Shown: positions 10,486 to 20,608 of the stretch, in pieces
Layout: the number at the start of each line of letters is the position of its first letter
How positions within the stretch are numbered: position 1 is the first letter of the stretch
Assembly (NCBI GenBank): GCA_963803435.1
Contig: CAWDML010000002.1
Location: 96,001 to 160,000 of the forward strand
DNA: 64,000 bases
Direction of reading: 5' to 3'
Source of the DNA: an uncultured delta proteobacterium
GTDB taxonomy: Bacteria; Myxococcota; Kuafuiibacteriia; Kuafuiibacteriales; Kuafuiibacteriaceae
Notes under the pieces: model-generated
The model's database searches: none
What the model was told of the DNA's origin: nothing
The model's input: only the letters and a program-made list of their open reading frames with translations
Translations under genes and position numbers: made by a program

Positions 10486-10683
10486 ATGAACGCGAGGAGA
10501 AGCCTCTTCTCGGTGGTCTTGGTCGTGTGCCTGATCATCGCAGGCTTTGCTCTCGCCGCGAGCAAGAGCAGCAGGATCGCCGAGGAGCGCGAGAACACGG
10601 GGTGGTCGGCGCGGGAGCTACCGCACGACTGGGTGTGGAGGAAGAAGGCAGTGACCTTCGATGACATGTACATGAAACGCTGA
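10486..10683 (+). CDS. Small secreted or membrane-anchored protein (65 aa)
   Basis: Basic N-terminus, hydrophobic stretch ending ALA, Trp-rich tail; fills intergenic gap. Confidence 0.6.
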   Translation: MNARRSLFSVVLVVCLIIAGFALAASKSSRIAEERENTGWSARELPHDWVWRKKAVTFDDMYMKR

Positions 10684-10726
10684 GCTGCCTGGTACAACGC
10701 GCACGTCCGGCTCTATCATCCGCGCC

Positions 10727-13700
10727 GTGACGCGGTGGAAGAAGATCCTTCTCTGCATCCTCGGCGGCGTCCTGCTGGTGGTCCTCTTGATCGCCTCGCA
10801 GGTCGTCTGCCTCACCGCCTGGATTGGATACGGTGTGCTCGTTCCGCAGTGTCCCGAGGGCGAGATGAAGCTGGGCGCGACGCTCGAGGCGTCCGGCCTC
10901 CGCCGTGGGGACTGGGGCAACGTCCAGATCGGAGCCAACGCGAACTACACCACCGGTGCGTCCGACGAGGCGCAGGTGGGCGCGGTCCGCAGGGTCACGC
11001 CGCAGCTGTTCCTGCTCGAGGGCGAAGAGAAGGTACCGCTCGTCCCCGAGAAAGGCTGGGAGACCACCTACGACGAGCAGAAGGCCGGCCGGATCATGCT
11101 CCCGAAGGCGCTCGCCGACGGAGAGTACCGCCTGCGCGCAGAGATCGAGACGCCGCTCGGAGAGGGCAGCGTCGAGGCGCCGCTCCTGGTGTTCGCCCCG
11201 GCCGTCGTCCACGTCATCACCGATCGCCCGCTCTACGAGCCGGGCAACTCGATGCGCTTTCGCTCGGTGGTGCTCCGCGCGCGCGATCTGAGCCCGCTCG
11301 ACGGACGCCCCGGCCGCTGGGTCGTCACCGATCCGAACGGTGAGGTCGTGCTCGAGGAGAAGGTGGCGGCCGGCGAGTACGGCGTGGCGGCCGGCGACTT
11401 TCCGCTGGACGAGGCCGCCGCCACCGGGACCTGGCACGTGCGCTGGGAGTCGGGGGCTGCCTCCGACGAGGTCGCGGTGGAGGTGAAGCCGTTCACGCTC
11501 CCGCGCTTCGCGGTGGAGGCGGCGCCGGTGAAGTCGTCCTACGGGCCGCACGAGCGGCCGCGCCTCCGCGGGCATGTGACTTACAGCTCGGGCGCGCCGG
11601 TCACAGACGCGAACGTCCAGATCACCTGGTCGGTGTCGGGGGCGTGGCCGCCGCCGGCGGACTGGATGGCCGGCGGGCTGCCCACGCGCGCGAACACCGG
11701 CGTCAACGGCGAGTTCGAGGTGCTGCTCCCCGAGGTGCCCAAGGATCTCCAGGGCCGTGCCACGCTGCTGGCGCGTCTGGCCGCCATCGATCCGGCCGGA
11801 GATCGGGTCGAGGGGGCGGCCGCGATCTCTGCTCTCCGAGGACGCGATCCTGGTCGACTCGGTGACCGAGTTCGGAGGCGGCCTGGCGGGGGGGTTCAAC
11901 AACCGCGTCTTTTTGCGCGTGGCGACCCCGGCCGGTTCGGTCTTGCCCAACACGAAGCTCCTGGTGAAGCGGACCTGGGATCCCTCGGACGAGGGCGCTG
12001 AGGCGGTCACCGACGAGGACGGGGTCGCCGTGCTCCAGATCGACCCAGGGCCGGCGGCGAACGTGGTGGTGCCTCCGATACCGGTGCGGGCGCCGCCGCG
12101 TCCGCCGGTGATCGAACGGACCGGGGTACAGGAGCTGATCTCGAACGATGCGCCCCGGCTCGCCGATCAGGTCGCGCTGGACGCGGTCAACGGCGCGCTC
12201 GAACCCTGCGCGCGATTCGTGTCGGGGAGCTCGGACAACGCCGCCGTCTCGGTCTGGGTGGACCCGTCGGGCGCGGTGCGGGGTGCGACGGGCTCGAAGT
12301 CTTCGCTGGCGCGATGCTTTGCGCGCGTATTCACCGGCCAGCGGTTCCGCCCGGGACGGGAGCGGATCTATCAGCTCAACTATCGCGTGAACTCGGACCT
12401 CCCGAGCGTGCAGTACGAGGTCACGTCGACGTACGGCGAGCCGGCCCGCTTCAACGCGGTGCTCTCGGACGCGCTGCTCGACGCGCGCACCTGCCTCCCC
12501 GAGGACGTCGAGGAGGCGTCGTTCCCGCACTTGTTGATGTTCCGCATCGAGGGGGATCGTCTGGAGACGCGCTGGACGCCGGATCGCGAGCTCGACACGG
12601 TGGTTCCGGCCAAGATCACTGCGTGCGTCGAGGAGCATCTGGCCAAGCTGTCGCTGGCGCCTCGCCCCCGCGGCGACGACGAGGACGAGGCCGGCGAGGT
12701 CGACGCGGTGTTCGGCTTCGCGCGCATGACGCTGCAGCCGTCGCCGCGATACCAGTCCTACCAGCCGCAGGAGACGGTGATGCTCGGGTACGAGATGACC
12801 GTGGCGGCGCAGGCGAAGGATGGCGAGGAGCTCGGCCACACGAAGGTGCGCTATGCACCGGGTGAGGTGCCGGACCTTCGGCTGCGCCCGTCGAAGGTGC
12901 TGGCGGATCCAGGGGAGCAGATCGAGCTCACGTTCATCCGCGGACCCAACTTCGTCGGTGAGCTGCCCAAGAAGCTCTATCTCAATCACGAGCAGCGGCA
13001 GATCGAGTCGGAGGTGAACGAGAAGACCAGGACCGCTCAGTTCAAGCTGCCGGCGGAGCTCGACGGCTGGTACGAGTCGAGCTGGGGCGGCGCGCGCGCG
13101 CTGATCTACGTGCGGCCGCGATCGCAGCTCTCCGTCACGGTGGCGCCGGATCGCCCGCGTTATCGACCGCGCGACAAGGCCGAGCTCACGGTGAAGACGG
13201 TGGCCGGCGATCATCCGACCGAGGCGGCGGTGACGCTGATCGGCGTGGATCAGAGCCTCGCGCAGCTGGTGGCGCTGCCGGGTCCCGACGATGTCGCGCG
13301 GGTCCGGCCCAAGGTGACGATGTCCCAGCCGGCGTTCGGCGTGCTCGACGCGGAGGCCCTGGCGCTGGGCCGCATCATGGGGAAGAACGCGGCGGCGGCG
13401 ACCATCCTGCAGGTGCAGTCGATCCCGACGCCTGCGGACTACGACTCCTACGTGAGCTCGAGCGGCGCGACCACCTTCGATCCGATCGAGACGCTCACCG
13501 ATCACTTCTACGTGGTGCTCGCGGAGCTCCACGTCCAGGTGCGGGACTGGGAGAAGAACGCGCCCGCGGACGAGGTCATGCGGCCGGCCAAGATGGCGGA
13601 GATGTGGAGGGCCGCGCTCAAGGCGTGCACGCAGCGGGGCGATGCGGTGACGGATGCATTCGGCCGCGAGCTGACGCTCGATCGACTGCCCGAGGATCTC

Positions 13701-13799
13701 CTGCAGCTGACCGCGCCGCGCGCAGTGGTGATCGAGGGGACCCGGCTCGGCGAGGACGTCGAGAACTGGAGCGAGTGGGTGAGGAGGAACCGCCCGTGA
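10727..13799 (+). CDS. Alpha-2-macroglobulin N-terminal half (MG domains); +1 frameshift near 11824
   Basis: N-terminal TM, ITDRPLYEPG, EVKPFTLPRFAV, PDRPRYRPRDKAEL, VTLIGVDQSL; joins ORFs 10727..12001 and 11757..13799. Confidence 0.8.
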
Positions 13800-16090
13800 A
13801 GCGCTGCATCTGGACGAGCATTCTCCTGACGATGGCCGCGGGCTGCGCCAAGTCCGACGAGGCGGCTCCGGCGCCCACCATGGAGAAGGAGGCGGCGTAT
13901 CCGATGGACGGCGAGGAGGCCGGCGCCGCGGGTGCTGCTCCCTTCGAGCCGAAGCGCGATCGGGCGCCGATGGCGAAGAAGAGCGCGGCCCCCCGCGGGG
14001 CCATGGCGCTCGGGAGCCTGGCGGCGGATGAGCCGGCGGCCGATCCGGACGTCGCGGAGGGCGGCGGCGGAGAGGTCGCGCCGTCGCGCAGCTGGTTCCC
14101 CGAGACCTTCCTGTTCGAGCCGCTGGTGAAGACGAACGCCCAGGGCCAGGCGAAGGTCTCGGTGGAGGTGCCCGATCGGTTGACCTCTTGGAGGGTCCTC
14201 GCGCTGGCGCACTCGCGAGAGGGCGCGCAGGCGGGCGCAGTGACGACGTTCCTGGGAACGCTGCCCACTTATGTCGATCCGATCGTGCCGCCCTTCCTGG
14301 TCGCGGGCGATGTCGTCTCGATCCCGATCCAGGTGGTGAACACGACGGATCAGCCGGTGAACGTGACGCTGCGCCTCTCGGCCTCCGGAGCGGCCGTGTC
14401 CGAGGGCTCCGGCGACATCGCGCTGGCGGCGGAGGCGAGCCTGGTCCGCTATGCGGAGCTGCGCGCCAATGAGCCGGGCGTGGTGAAGCTGGTTGCGTCG
14501 CTCGGGAAGGAGGACGCCGTCGAGCGTACCATCCCGGTGCTGCCCACCGGACGGCCGCGCACGATCGAGAAGAGCGGCACGCTGGCGGCGCCTCGGTTGC
14601 TCTCGATCGCCATGCCCCGCGAGACGGATCCGCGGAGCGCGAAGGTCCGGCTCACCGTGTTTCCGGGCGCGCTGGCGATCCTGCGCTCGGAGCTGGATGC
14701 CGGTCTCAATCGCGGGGGGATCGCCGATGACGCGTACCTCCTGCTCCTGGCCGGGCGCGCCAAGGGGCTGCTCGAGAGGTTGGGCGGGACGGCCGACGAG
14801 GCCTGGCTGCGGAAGCTGCGGATCATCGCGACCCAGCGCGCGATCCGATATGCGCGGGCGCCGGATCCGGCGACGGCCGCGCTCTTGACCGAGGCCGCGC
14901 TGGCGCACCCCGAGTCGCCCGTGCTCTCCCGGCTCGGCGAACGGCTCGCAGCGCAGCTGGCGAGTTGGCAGCGACCCGACGGCACGTTCCAGGGGAGCAA
15001 CGGCTGGACGCTCCAGCGCTTGCTGGTGACCACGGCCGACTCGGTCCGCGCGGTGCGGGCGGCGAACGCCGAGGAGAGCGGCAAGCGGCGCGCCCAGTCG
15101 GTGGCGCTGCGTGCAAACGGGGCGTTCGAGCGCAACCTCAGGCGCATCGAGGATCCGTATACGGCAGCGGCGGTGCTGGCGTCGGGCGCGGCCGATGCGT
15201 CGATGTCCGCGATGCTGATCGAGCGCGTGACCAAGGCGCTGGTGACGAGGGACGACGGCTCGCGCGTGCTGCCGGTGCCGGCCTCGGTGCTGCGGCCGGA
15301 TGGGGCCGTCCCGAGCGAGGTCGAGGCCACCGCGCTGGCGGCGTTGGCGCTCGCCGATGATCCCGACTCGAAGTCCGTGCTTCCCGATCTGGGGTCGAGC
15401 ATCCTCTCGGCCTATCGACCGTCGGTCGGCTTCGGCGACGGGTACACCAACCTGATCGCGCTGCGCGCGGTACTCGAGATCTTCGACCAACCTCTGCCGG
15501 AGAAGGTGAACGTCGATCTCTCGATCGACGGGAGGAGCGTCGCGTCCGGCGAGCTCTCCGGCGATCGGCTCAAGGACGTGCTCACGCTGAACGCGCCGGT
15601 GTCGGCGCCGGCCGGCAAGCACACGGTGATCGTGAAGGCCAACCCGCCGGTGCCCGGTCTCGGCTTTGCGCTGGTGATCTCGTACTACCGCCCTTGGACG
15701 ATGGAGGCCCCCGCGGAGGGGATCGAGCTGACCGTCGACCTGTCGAAGGACGCGAGCGTGGGACGGCCCGTCGACGTGACGCTGACGGCGGTGGCGCCGG
15801 CGAGCATGTCGCTGTCGATCAAGCATGCGCTCCCCGCGGGGATGCAGGTCGATCGACCGAGCCTCGACGCGCTGGTGGCGAACGGCGTGATCCAACGGTA
15901 CCGGATCGAAGACGGGGCGGTGTCGATGGAGGCGCCCTCGCGCGCGCAGGGCCAGACGTTCTCGGCGCACTACCGCGTGATCCCGACCCTCGCGGGTACG
16001 CTCCACACCTCGGCCTCGACGATCGTCGCCTCGGGACGTCCGGAATCGCCGTACTTCGTTCCGCCCTCCACCTGGCAAGTGAAGCGCTAG
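13796..16090 (+). CDS. Alpha-2-macroglobulin C-terminal half, lipoprotein, no thioester motif
   Basis: GTGA overlap; lipobox AAGC; SWFPETFLF...PDRLTSWR, PPFLVAGD, QRPDGTF, LPAG. Confidence 0.82.
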   Translation: MKRCIWTSILLTMAAGCAKSDEAAPAPTMEKEAAYPMDGEEAGAAGAAPFEPKRDRAPMAKKSAAPRGAMALGSLAADEPAADPDVAEGGGGEVAPSRSWFPETFLFEPLVKTNAQGQAKVSVEVPDRLTSWRVLALAHSREGAQAGAVTTFLGTLPTYVDPIVPPFLVAGDVVSIPIQVVNTTDQPVNVTLRLSASGAAVSEGSGDIALAAEASLVRYAELRANEPGVVKLVASLGKEDAVERTIPVLPTGRPRTIEKSGTLAAPRLLSIAMPRETDPRSAKVRLTVFPGALAILRSELDAGLNRGGIADDAYLLLLAGRAKGLLERLGGTADEAWLRKLRIIATQRAIRYARAPDPATAALLTEAALAHPESPVLSRLGERLAAQLASWQRPDGTFQGSNGWTLQRLLVTTADSVRAVRAANAEESGKRRAQSVALRANGAFERNLRRIEDPYTAAAVLASGAADASMSAMLIERVTKALVTRDDGSRVLPVPASVLRPDGAVPSEVEATALAALALADDPDSKSVLPDLGSSILSAYRPSVGFGDGYTNLIALRAVLEIFDQPLPEKVNVDLSIDGRSVASGELSGDRLKDVLTLNAPVSAPAGKHTVIVKANPPVPGLGFALVISYYRPWTMEAPAEGIELTVDLSKDASVGRPVDVTLTAVAPASMSLSIKHALPAGMQVDRPSLDALVANGVIQRYRIEDGAVSMEAPSRAQGQTFSAHYRVIPTLAGTLHTSASTIVASGRPESPYFVPPSTWQVKR

Positions 16091-16362
16091 GAGCGTGTAG
16101 CGCGTAGCGCTACCGCGAGCCCGGTCCGGGTCCCGGTCCCGGTCCCGGTCCCGATGGCGATCATGCAGCCGCACGATCACCGTCTCCTGCGCGGCGTGCG
16201 TTCATCGACTTGATGTGGCGCGTGAGCATCTCGACAACGCGCTTGAGCTTGGCTCTGGCGGCTTGGACCTTCTGCTCGTTGGCGAGTCGGCGCCTCAAGC
16301 AGGTGTGGAGTGAGGCGGCGCTTTCGGTGCCAGAGCGAAGTGCCATCCGGTAGAAGCGAGCC
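16090..16362 (-). mobile_element. Truncated copy of the IS1182-derived/four-helix-bundle element
   Basis: Near-identical reverse complement of 56248-56499 with a 21-bp in-frame insertion; flanked by TA at 16088-16089 and 16363-16364. Confidence 0.88.
16161..16362 (-). pseudogene. 3' fragment of four-helix-bundle gene
   Basis: ARFYRMALRSGTESAASLHTCL...MNARRAGDGDRAAA matches C-terminal half of 56060..56428. Confidence 0.85.
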
Positions 16363-16387
16363 TAAGAGGCGTGAAGGGCTGACGCGC

Positions 16388-16470
16388 TGACACGTTGTCA
16401 ATGAGGGGCTGACATCGTGTCCGGCGACGCCGCCGCGCCGCTGCGAGCGCGCGCTGGCACGGGCGCTGCT
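16388..16470 (+). promoter_or_regulatory. Sigma54 promoter with upstream palindromic enhancer-like sites
   Basis: TGGCACGGGCGCTGCT at 16455-16470; TGACA-N3-TGTCA at 16388-16400 and GACA-N3-TGTC at 16411-16421. Confidence 0.65.
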
Positions 16471-16483
16471 CGTGCGACGGTCC

Positions 16484-17275
16484 ATGCTCGATCGCGCGCT
16501 CATCATCTTCACGCTCTTCGCAGCGGCCTTTCTGACCAGCCGCGTGATCAACACGATGATCGAAGACGAGCTGTCCGTTCCGCTGAGGCTGCCCGTGGTC
16601 GCGCCCGCGGTCGCCGATCCGCCGCCGGTGGTCCCCATCTCGGCGTTCCTCGAGCGGGACCTGTTCGGGACGGCGCGGCCGGCGCCCCCCGAGCCGGCCG
16701 ACTGCAAGCGCACGGCCCTGCGCGCCCGGCTGGTCGCCACGGTCATCGGCGAGGAGGGGGGCGTGGCGTGGTTCGATCAGGGGACGGAGGTGCTCGAGCC
16801 GATCCGCGTGGGCGATCGGATCGACGGCTCCGAGGTCCTCGCGATCGGGCGCGGTGCGGTCCGCGTCGCGCGCGAGGGTGCCTGCGGTGAGGTCGTGCTC
16901 GACGAGGTGCGCCTGCCGCAGGTCCACGAAGACGAGTCGCCGCCGAAGCTCGTCGAGCGAATCACGACGGACGAGGTCCGGATCCACCGGAGCGATCTGG
17001 AAACGGCTCTGGCCGATCCGATGCGCTTCGCCCGCGACTGCCGGATCGTCCCCAAGCCGAGCGCGCGCGGCTTTGCTCTCTTCGCGATCCGTCCCGGCGG
17101 AGTGGCCGACGAGCTCGGCTTCGTGTCGGGCGACGTGATCGAGCGGATCGACGGCTACCAGCTCGACGAGCCCAAAGGGATGTTCGGGATGGGCGAGCTG
17201 CTCCGCCGGCCCGAGCTCACGATCGACTACACGCGCGCGGGGCAGCGGCGAACGCTCACGGTTCAGATCGAGTGA
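16484..17275 (+). CDS. GspC-like protein with PDZ domain
   Basis: N-terminal TM, RDLFG, RLVATV, VGDRIDG homology region, then LGFVSGDVIERIDG PDZ. Confidence 0.72.
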   Translation: MLDRALIIFTLFAAAFLTSRVINTMIEDELSVPLRLPVVAPAVADPPPVVPISAFLERDLFGTARPAPPEPADCKRTALRARLVATVIGEEGGVAWFDQGTEVLEPIRVGDRIDGSEVLAIGRGAVRVAREGACGEVVLDEVRLPQVHEDESPPKLVERITTDEVRIHRSDLETALADPMRFARDCRIVPKPSARGFALFAIRPGGVADELGFVSGDVIERIDGYQLDEPKGMFGMGELLRRPELTIDYTRAGQRRTLTVQIE

Positions 17276-17285
17276 ACGGGGCCCG

Positions 17286-19001
17286 TCAACCCCAGGGGGA
17301 GAGGCGGACGTCGCCCGGGAGATCCTCCCACGCATCGTTGATCCAGCGCTTCTCCAGGACCAGCCGTCCCTCCCGGCGCGTCACGAAGATGTTCGTGAGC
17401 CAGTCGCGATCGTTCCGCTCGGGGTGGTCGCTCCGGTAGTGCGAGCCGCGGCTCTCGGTCCGTAGGTCGGCGGCCTAGATGATCACCTCGGCGACGTCGA
17501 GCAGGTTCTGATGCTCGATCGCCAGCACCAGGTCGAACGGCTCCGCCAGCGCGAGCGTCTGGAGCCGGTCTCGCTGCTCCTCCACGTACCTCCGGGCCGA
17601 GGCGAGCATCGCGGCGTCCTTCTCGACCAGCAGCTTCGCCCACATGGCGCGCTGGAGGCGGTCCTTGAGCTGGCGGATGTCGTGACCGCCGGCGCGGGCG
17701 CGCTCGCGGATCCGTCGCGTGGGCTCGACGACCATGGCCTCGAGGACGTCGTCGGGAACCCGGCGGAGCTCGCCCTGCTTGGCGACCTCGGCGGCGGCGC
17801 GGCCGGCGCGCCAGCCGAAGACCTGCGAGCCGCCGAGCATGGTGCCGCCGACCCGGTCGGCGCCCTGCCAGCCGGCGGTCTCGCCGCACGCGAAGAGGCC
17901 CTCGATCTTGGTGCGGGTGTTCTCGTCGATCCGGACGCCGCCGTTGCTGGTGTGGTGGTGGATCTGCACCTGCAGGAGATCCTGCTTCACGTCGATGCCG
18001 ACCTTGGTCATGTACTCGGTGAAGACCTCGGGTTGGAAGCCGCGCTCAGCGCTCGAGAGATCGAGGTAGACGCCGTCGTGGTCGGTGGCGCGGCCGTCGA
18101 GGGCCATGGCATGGATGGCGCGGTCGAGGTGGATGGCGTCGTCGCGGCAGGTGACGGGCCAGTGGACGGCCTTGAGGTTGGAGACCTGCTTGAGTGTGAC
18201 GCCGTCGGGGAGGAACTCGCGGACGAACGCCTTACCGTTGCGATCGTAGATGCGGTAGGGCTCCTGCATCTCGTACAGCATCACCATGGCCTGGGTCGGC
18301 CAGGTGGTGGCGAGGCCCTGCTGCATGAACTCCATGTTGAAGAGCTCGGCGCCGGCGCGCAGCGCCATCACGTAGCCGTCGCCGGTGTTGCCGGGAGGGT
18401 TGAAGCTGTAGCGGAAGAGCTGGCCGACGCCGCCGGTGGCGAGGACGACGGCGGGGGCCCAGATCACGAAGGGCTCCGCGCGATCGTCGATCCCGACCGC
18501 GCCGAGGACGCGGCCGCTCTCGACGATCAGATCGGTGAGGTTGGCGTCCTCGACGACGGTGGTGTTGGTCGCGGCGATGACGGCCTTCTGCATCTGGACG
18601 ATGTTGTTGGTGCCCTTCGACGCGTCGGTCGCGGGCATCGTCGCCAGCATCTTGCTCTGGAACCGCATGCCCATGGTGCGCAGGCGCTTGATCGCCTCGG
18701 TCACCTCGTCGACGAAGATGCGGCAGAGCTGCGGGTCCGCCATGCCGAGCCCGAGCTGCACCATGTCGCGGTGGATCGAGTCGGGCGGGTTGAACAGGCC
18801 GCCCTTGGGACCGACGGTGCGGATGGTCCAGAAGTCGGCGAGCGGATTCGAGGTGGCACCGGCGCCGCGCTTGCCGGGCACGCCGAAGCGGCCCTTCACC
18901 GCGAGCATCGTCTTGGCGCCGAGCTCGTGCGCGCTGATCGCGGAGGCGGTCGCCGCACCGCCGCCGCCCACCATCAAGACCTCGGTCTCGTAGCTCTTCA
19001 T
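17286..19001 (-). CDS. SdhA/NadB-like FAD flavoprotein with in-frame TAG at 17475-17477
   Basis: VGGGGA, VVLATGG, GNTGDG, GLFACGE, GADRVGG; same frame continues past TAG as AADLRTESRGSHYRSDHP to TGA 17286. Confidence 0.8.
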
Positions 19002-19025
19002 CTCATTCGATGCTACTCGAATACC

Positions 19026-19808
19026 GTGCAGATCTCTCTCGAGGGTCAGGTCGTGATCGTGACCGGGGCCGGTCGGGGCATCGGACGCAAGATCGCCGAG
19101 ATGGCCGCAGATGCCGGCGCTAGCGTGGTTCTGGCGGCGCGCACCGAGGCGCAGCTTTCCGCCGTCGTGGAGGCGATCGAGGCGCGGGGCGGTCGTGCGA
19201 TCGCCGTGCCGGGGGACGTCACGCAGGCCGAAGCGGTCGACGCGCTCGTCGGGAAGACCCGTGAGGCGTACGGCCGCGTCGACGTGCTCGTGAACAACGC
19301 CGGCATGAACTACATCGCGAACCTGGTGATGTCGAAAGAGGAGCAGTGGCGCGCGGTCTTCGAGGTCAATCTCTTCTCGGTGTACCGCCTCACGCGTGCG
19401 GTGCTTCGCGACATGATCAAGCAAAAGTACGGGCGCATCATCAACATCTCCTCGGTGGCCGGGAAGGTCGGCGCCCCTTACAACAGCTCGTATGCCGCGT
19501 CGAAGGCCGCCGTGGACGGCTTCACGCGCAGCGTGGCCCTGGAGACCGCGAAGCTCGGCATCACCGTGAACGCGGTCTGTCCGTGGCACGTCGACACGGA
19601 GCTCCTGCAGTTCGGCATGGGCAAGCGCGGGCAGATGTTCGGCCAGAGCGCCGAGGCCTACATCGAGAAGATGGTGAAGGAGAGCCCGCAAGAGCGGTTG
19701 GTCACCGTCGAAGAGGTGGCGTCCACCGTGATCTTCTTGATGTCGAGATCGGCCGCGGGGATCACCGGGCAGTCGATCAACGTGTCCGGTGGTACCGTCA
19801 TGTCATGA
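19026..19808 (+). CDS. SDR family oxidoreductase
   Basis: TGAGRGIG, NNAG, NISS, YAASK, ITGQSINVSGG. Confidence 0.92.
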   Translation: MQISLEGQVVIVTGAGRGIGRKIAEMAADAGASVVLAARTEAQLSAVVEAIEARGGRAIAVPGDVTQAEAVDALVGKTREAYGRVDVLVNNAGMNYIANLVMSKEEQWRAVFEVNLFSVYRLTRAVLRDMIKQKYGRIINISSVAGKVGAPYNSSYAASKAAVDGFTRSVALETAKLGITVNAVCPWHVDTELLQFGMGKRGQMFGQSAEAYIEKMVKESPQERLVTVEEVASTVIFLMSRSAAGITGQSINVSGGTVMS

Positions 19809-20608
19809 GCTCTGCGCTCGACTCGGTGCCGGCGGCGGACGGCTATCCGCTGCGCCACCGGGTCTGGGCGCCGGGCTCGACCTCGCGGGCCACCGTGATC
19901 GCGTGGAGCGGCGTGATGAGCCACTCCGCGTGGCTCGCGCCGATCGCCGAGCTGCTGGCGGGACGCGGCTTCACGTTCGTCGGCGCCGATCGGCGCGGGA
20001 GCGGGCCCAATCGCGAGGCGCTGGGAGACGCGCCCTCCGCCGAGCTCTTGATCGATGACGCGCTGCGGATCGCTGGACGCCACCCCGATCCGAGGCGGTT
20101 TCTCCTGGGCTGGTGCTGGGGCGCCTCGCTGGCGCTCAACGCGACGCCGAAGATCGAAGGCGCGCGCGGGCTGATCCTGATCGCGCCCGGGCTCTGGCCG
20201 ACCGGCGCGGTGGAGGCCGCCGCCCGCGCCGCCGATCAGGCGGCCGCGGGTGCGCCCGAGGACCAGCCGGTGGTCGCCACGCCGATCGCCGAGGAGATGT
20301 TCACGCGCGGCCCGGCGCTCGACGCCTTCGTCCGCGCCGACCCGCTCCGCCTCCTCACGGTGACGCCGCGCTTTCGCAAGGTGATGGGTCGGCTCGCGAT
20401 CACCGCGGCGGTCGCGCTGCGAAGGTGCGAGGTGCCGGTGCTCGCGATCCTCGCGGACGGCGACGAGGCCACCGACTCGGACGCGGCCGAGCGAGCGCTC
20501 TCCTCCCGCGCGACGGTGGTCAGGATCCCGGGGCCGCACGGGTTGATGTTCGAGCGCGCGGACGAGCTGGCGGGCGCGATCGCCGCCTTCATCGAGGAGC
20601 GTCTCTGA
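19805..20608 (+). CDS. Alpha/beta hydrolase (PldB-like) with GWCWG elbow
   Basis: DGYPL, DRRGSG, LLGWCWGA, DEAT, PHGLMFE. Confidence 0.8.
   Translation: MSSALDSVPAADGYPLRHRVWAPGSTSRATVIAWSGVMSHSAWLAPIAELLAGRGFTFVGADRRGSGPNREALGDAPSAELLIDDALRIAGRHPDPRRFLLGWCWGASLALNATPKIEGARGLILIAPGLWPTGAVEAAARAADQAAAGAPEDQPVVATPIAEEMFTRGPALDAFVRADPLRLLTVTPRFRKVMGRLAITAAVALRRCEVPVLAILADGDEATDSDAAERALSSRATVVRIPGPHGLMFERADELAGAIAAFIEERL

Noticed and set aside
17475-17477. Pyrrolysine codon
   Set aside because: No pyl genes seen, the position is non-catalytic, and TAG is used as a normal stop elsewhere in the window.
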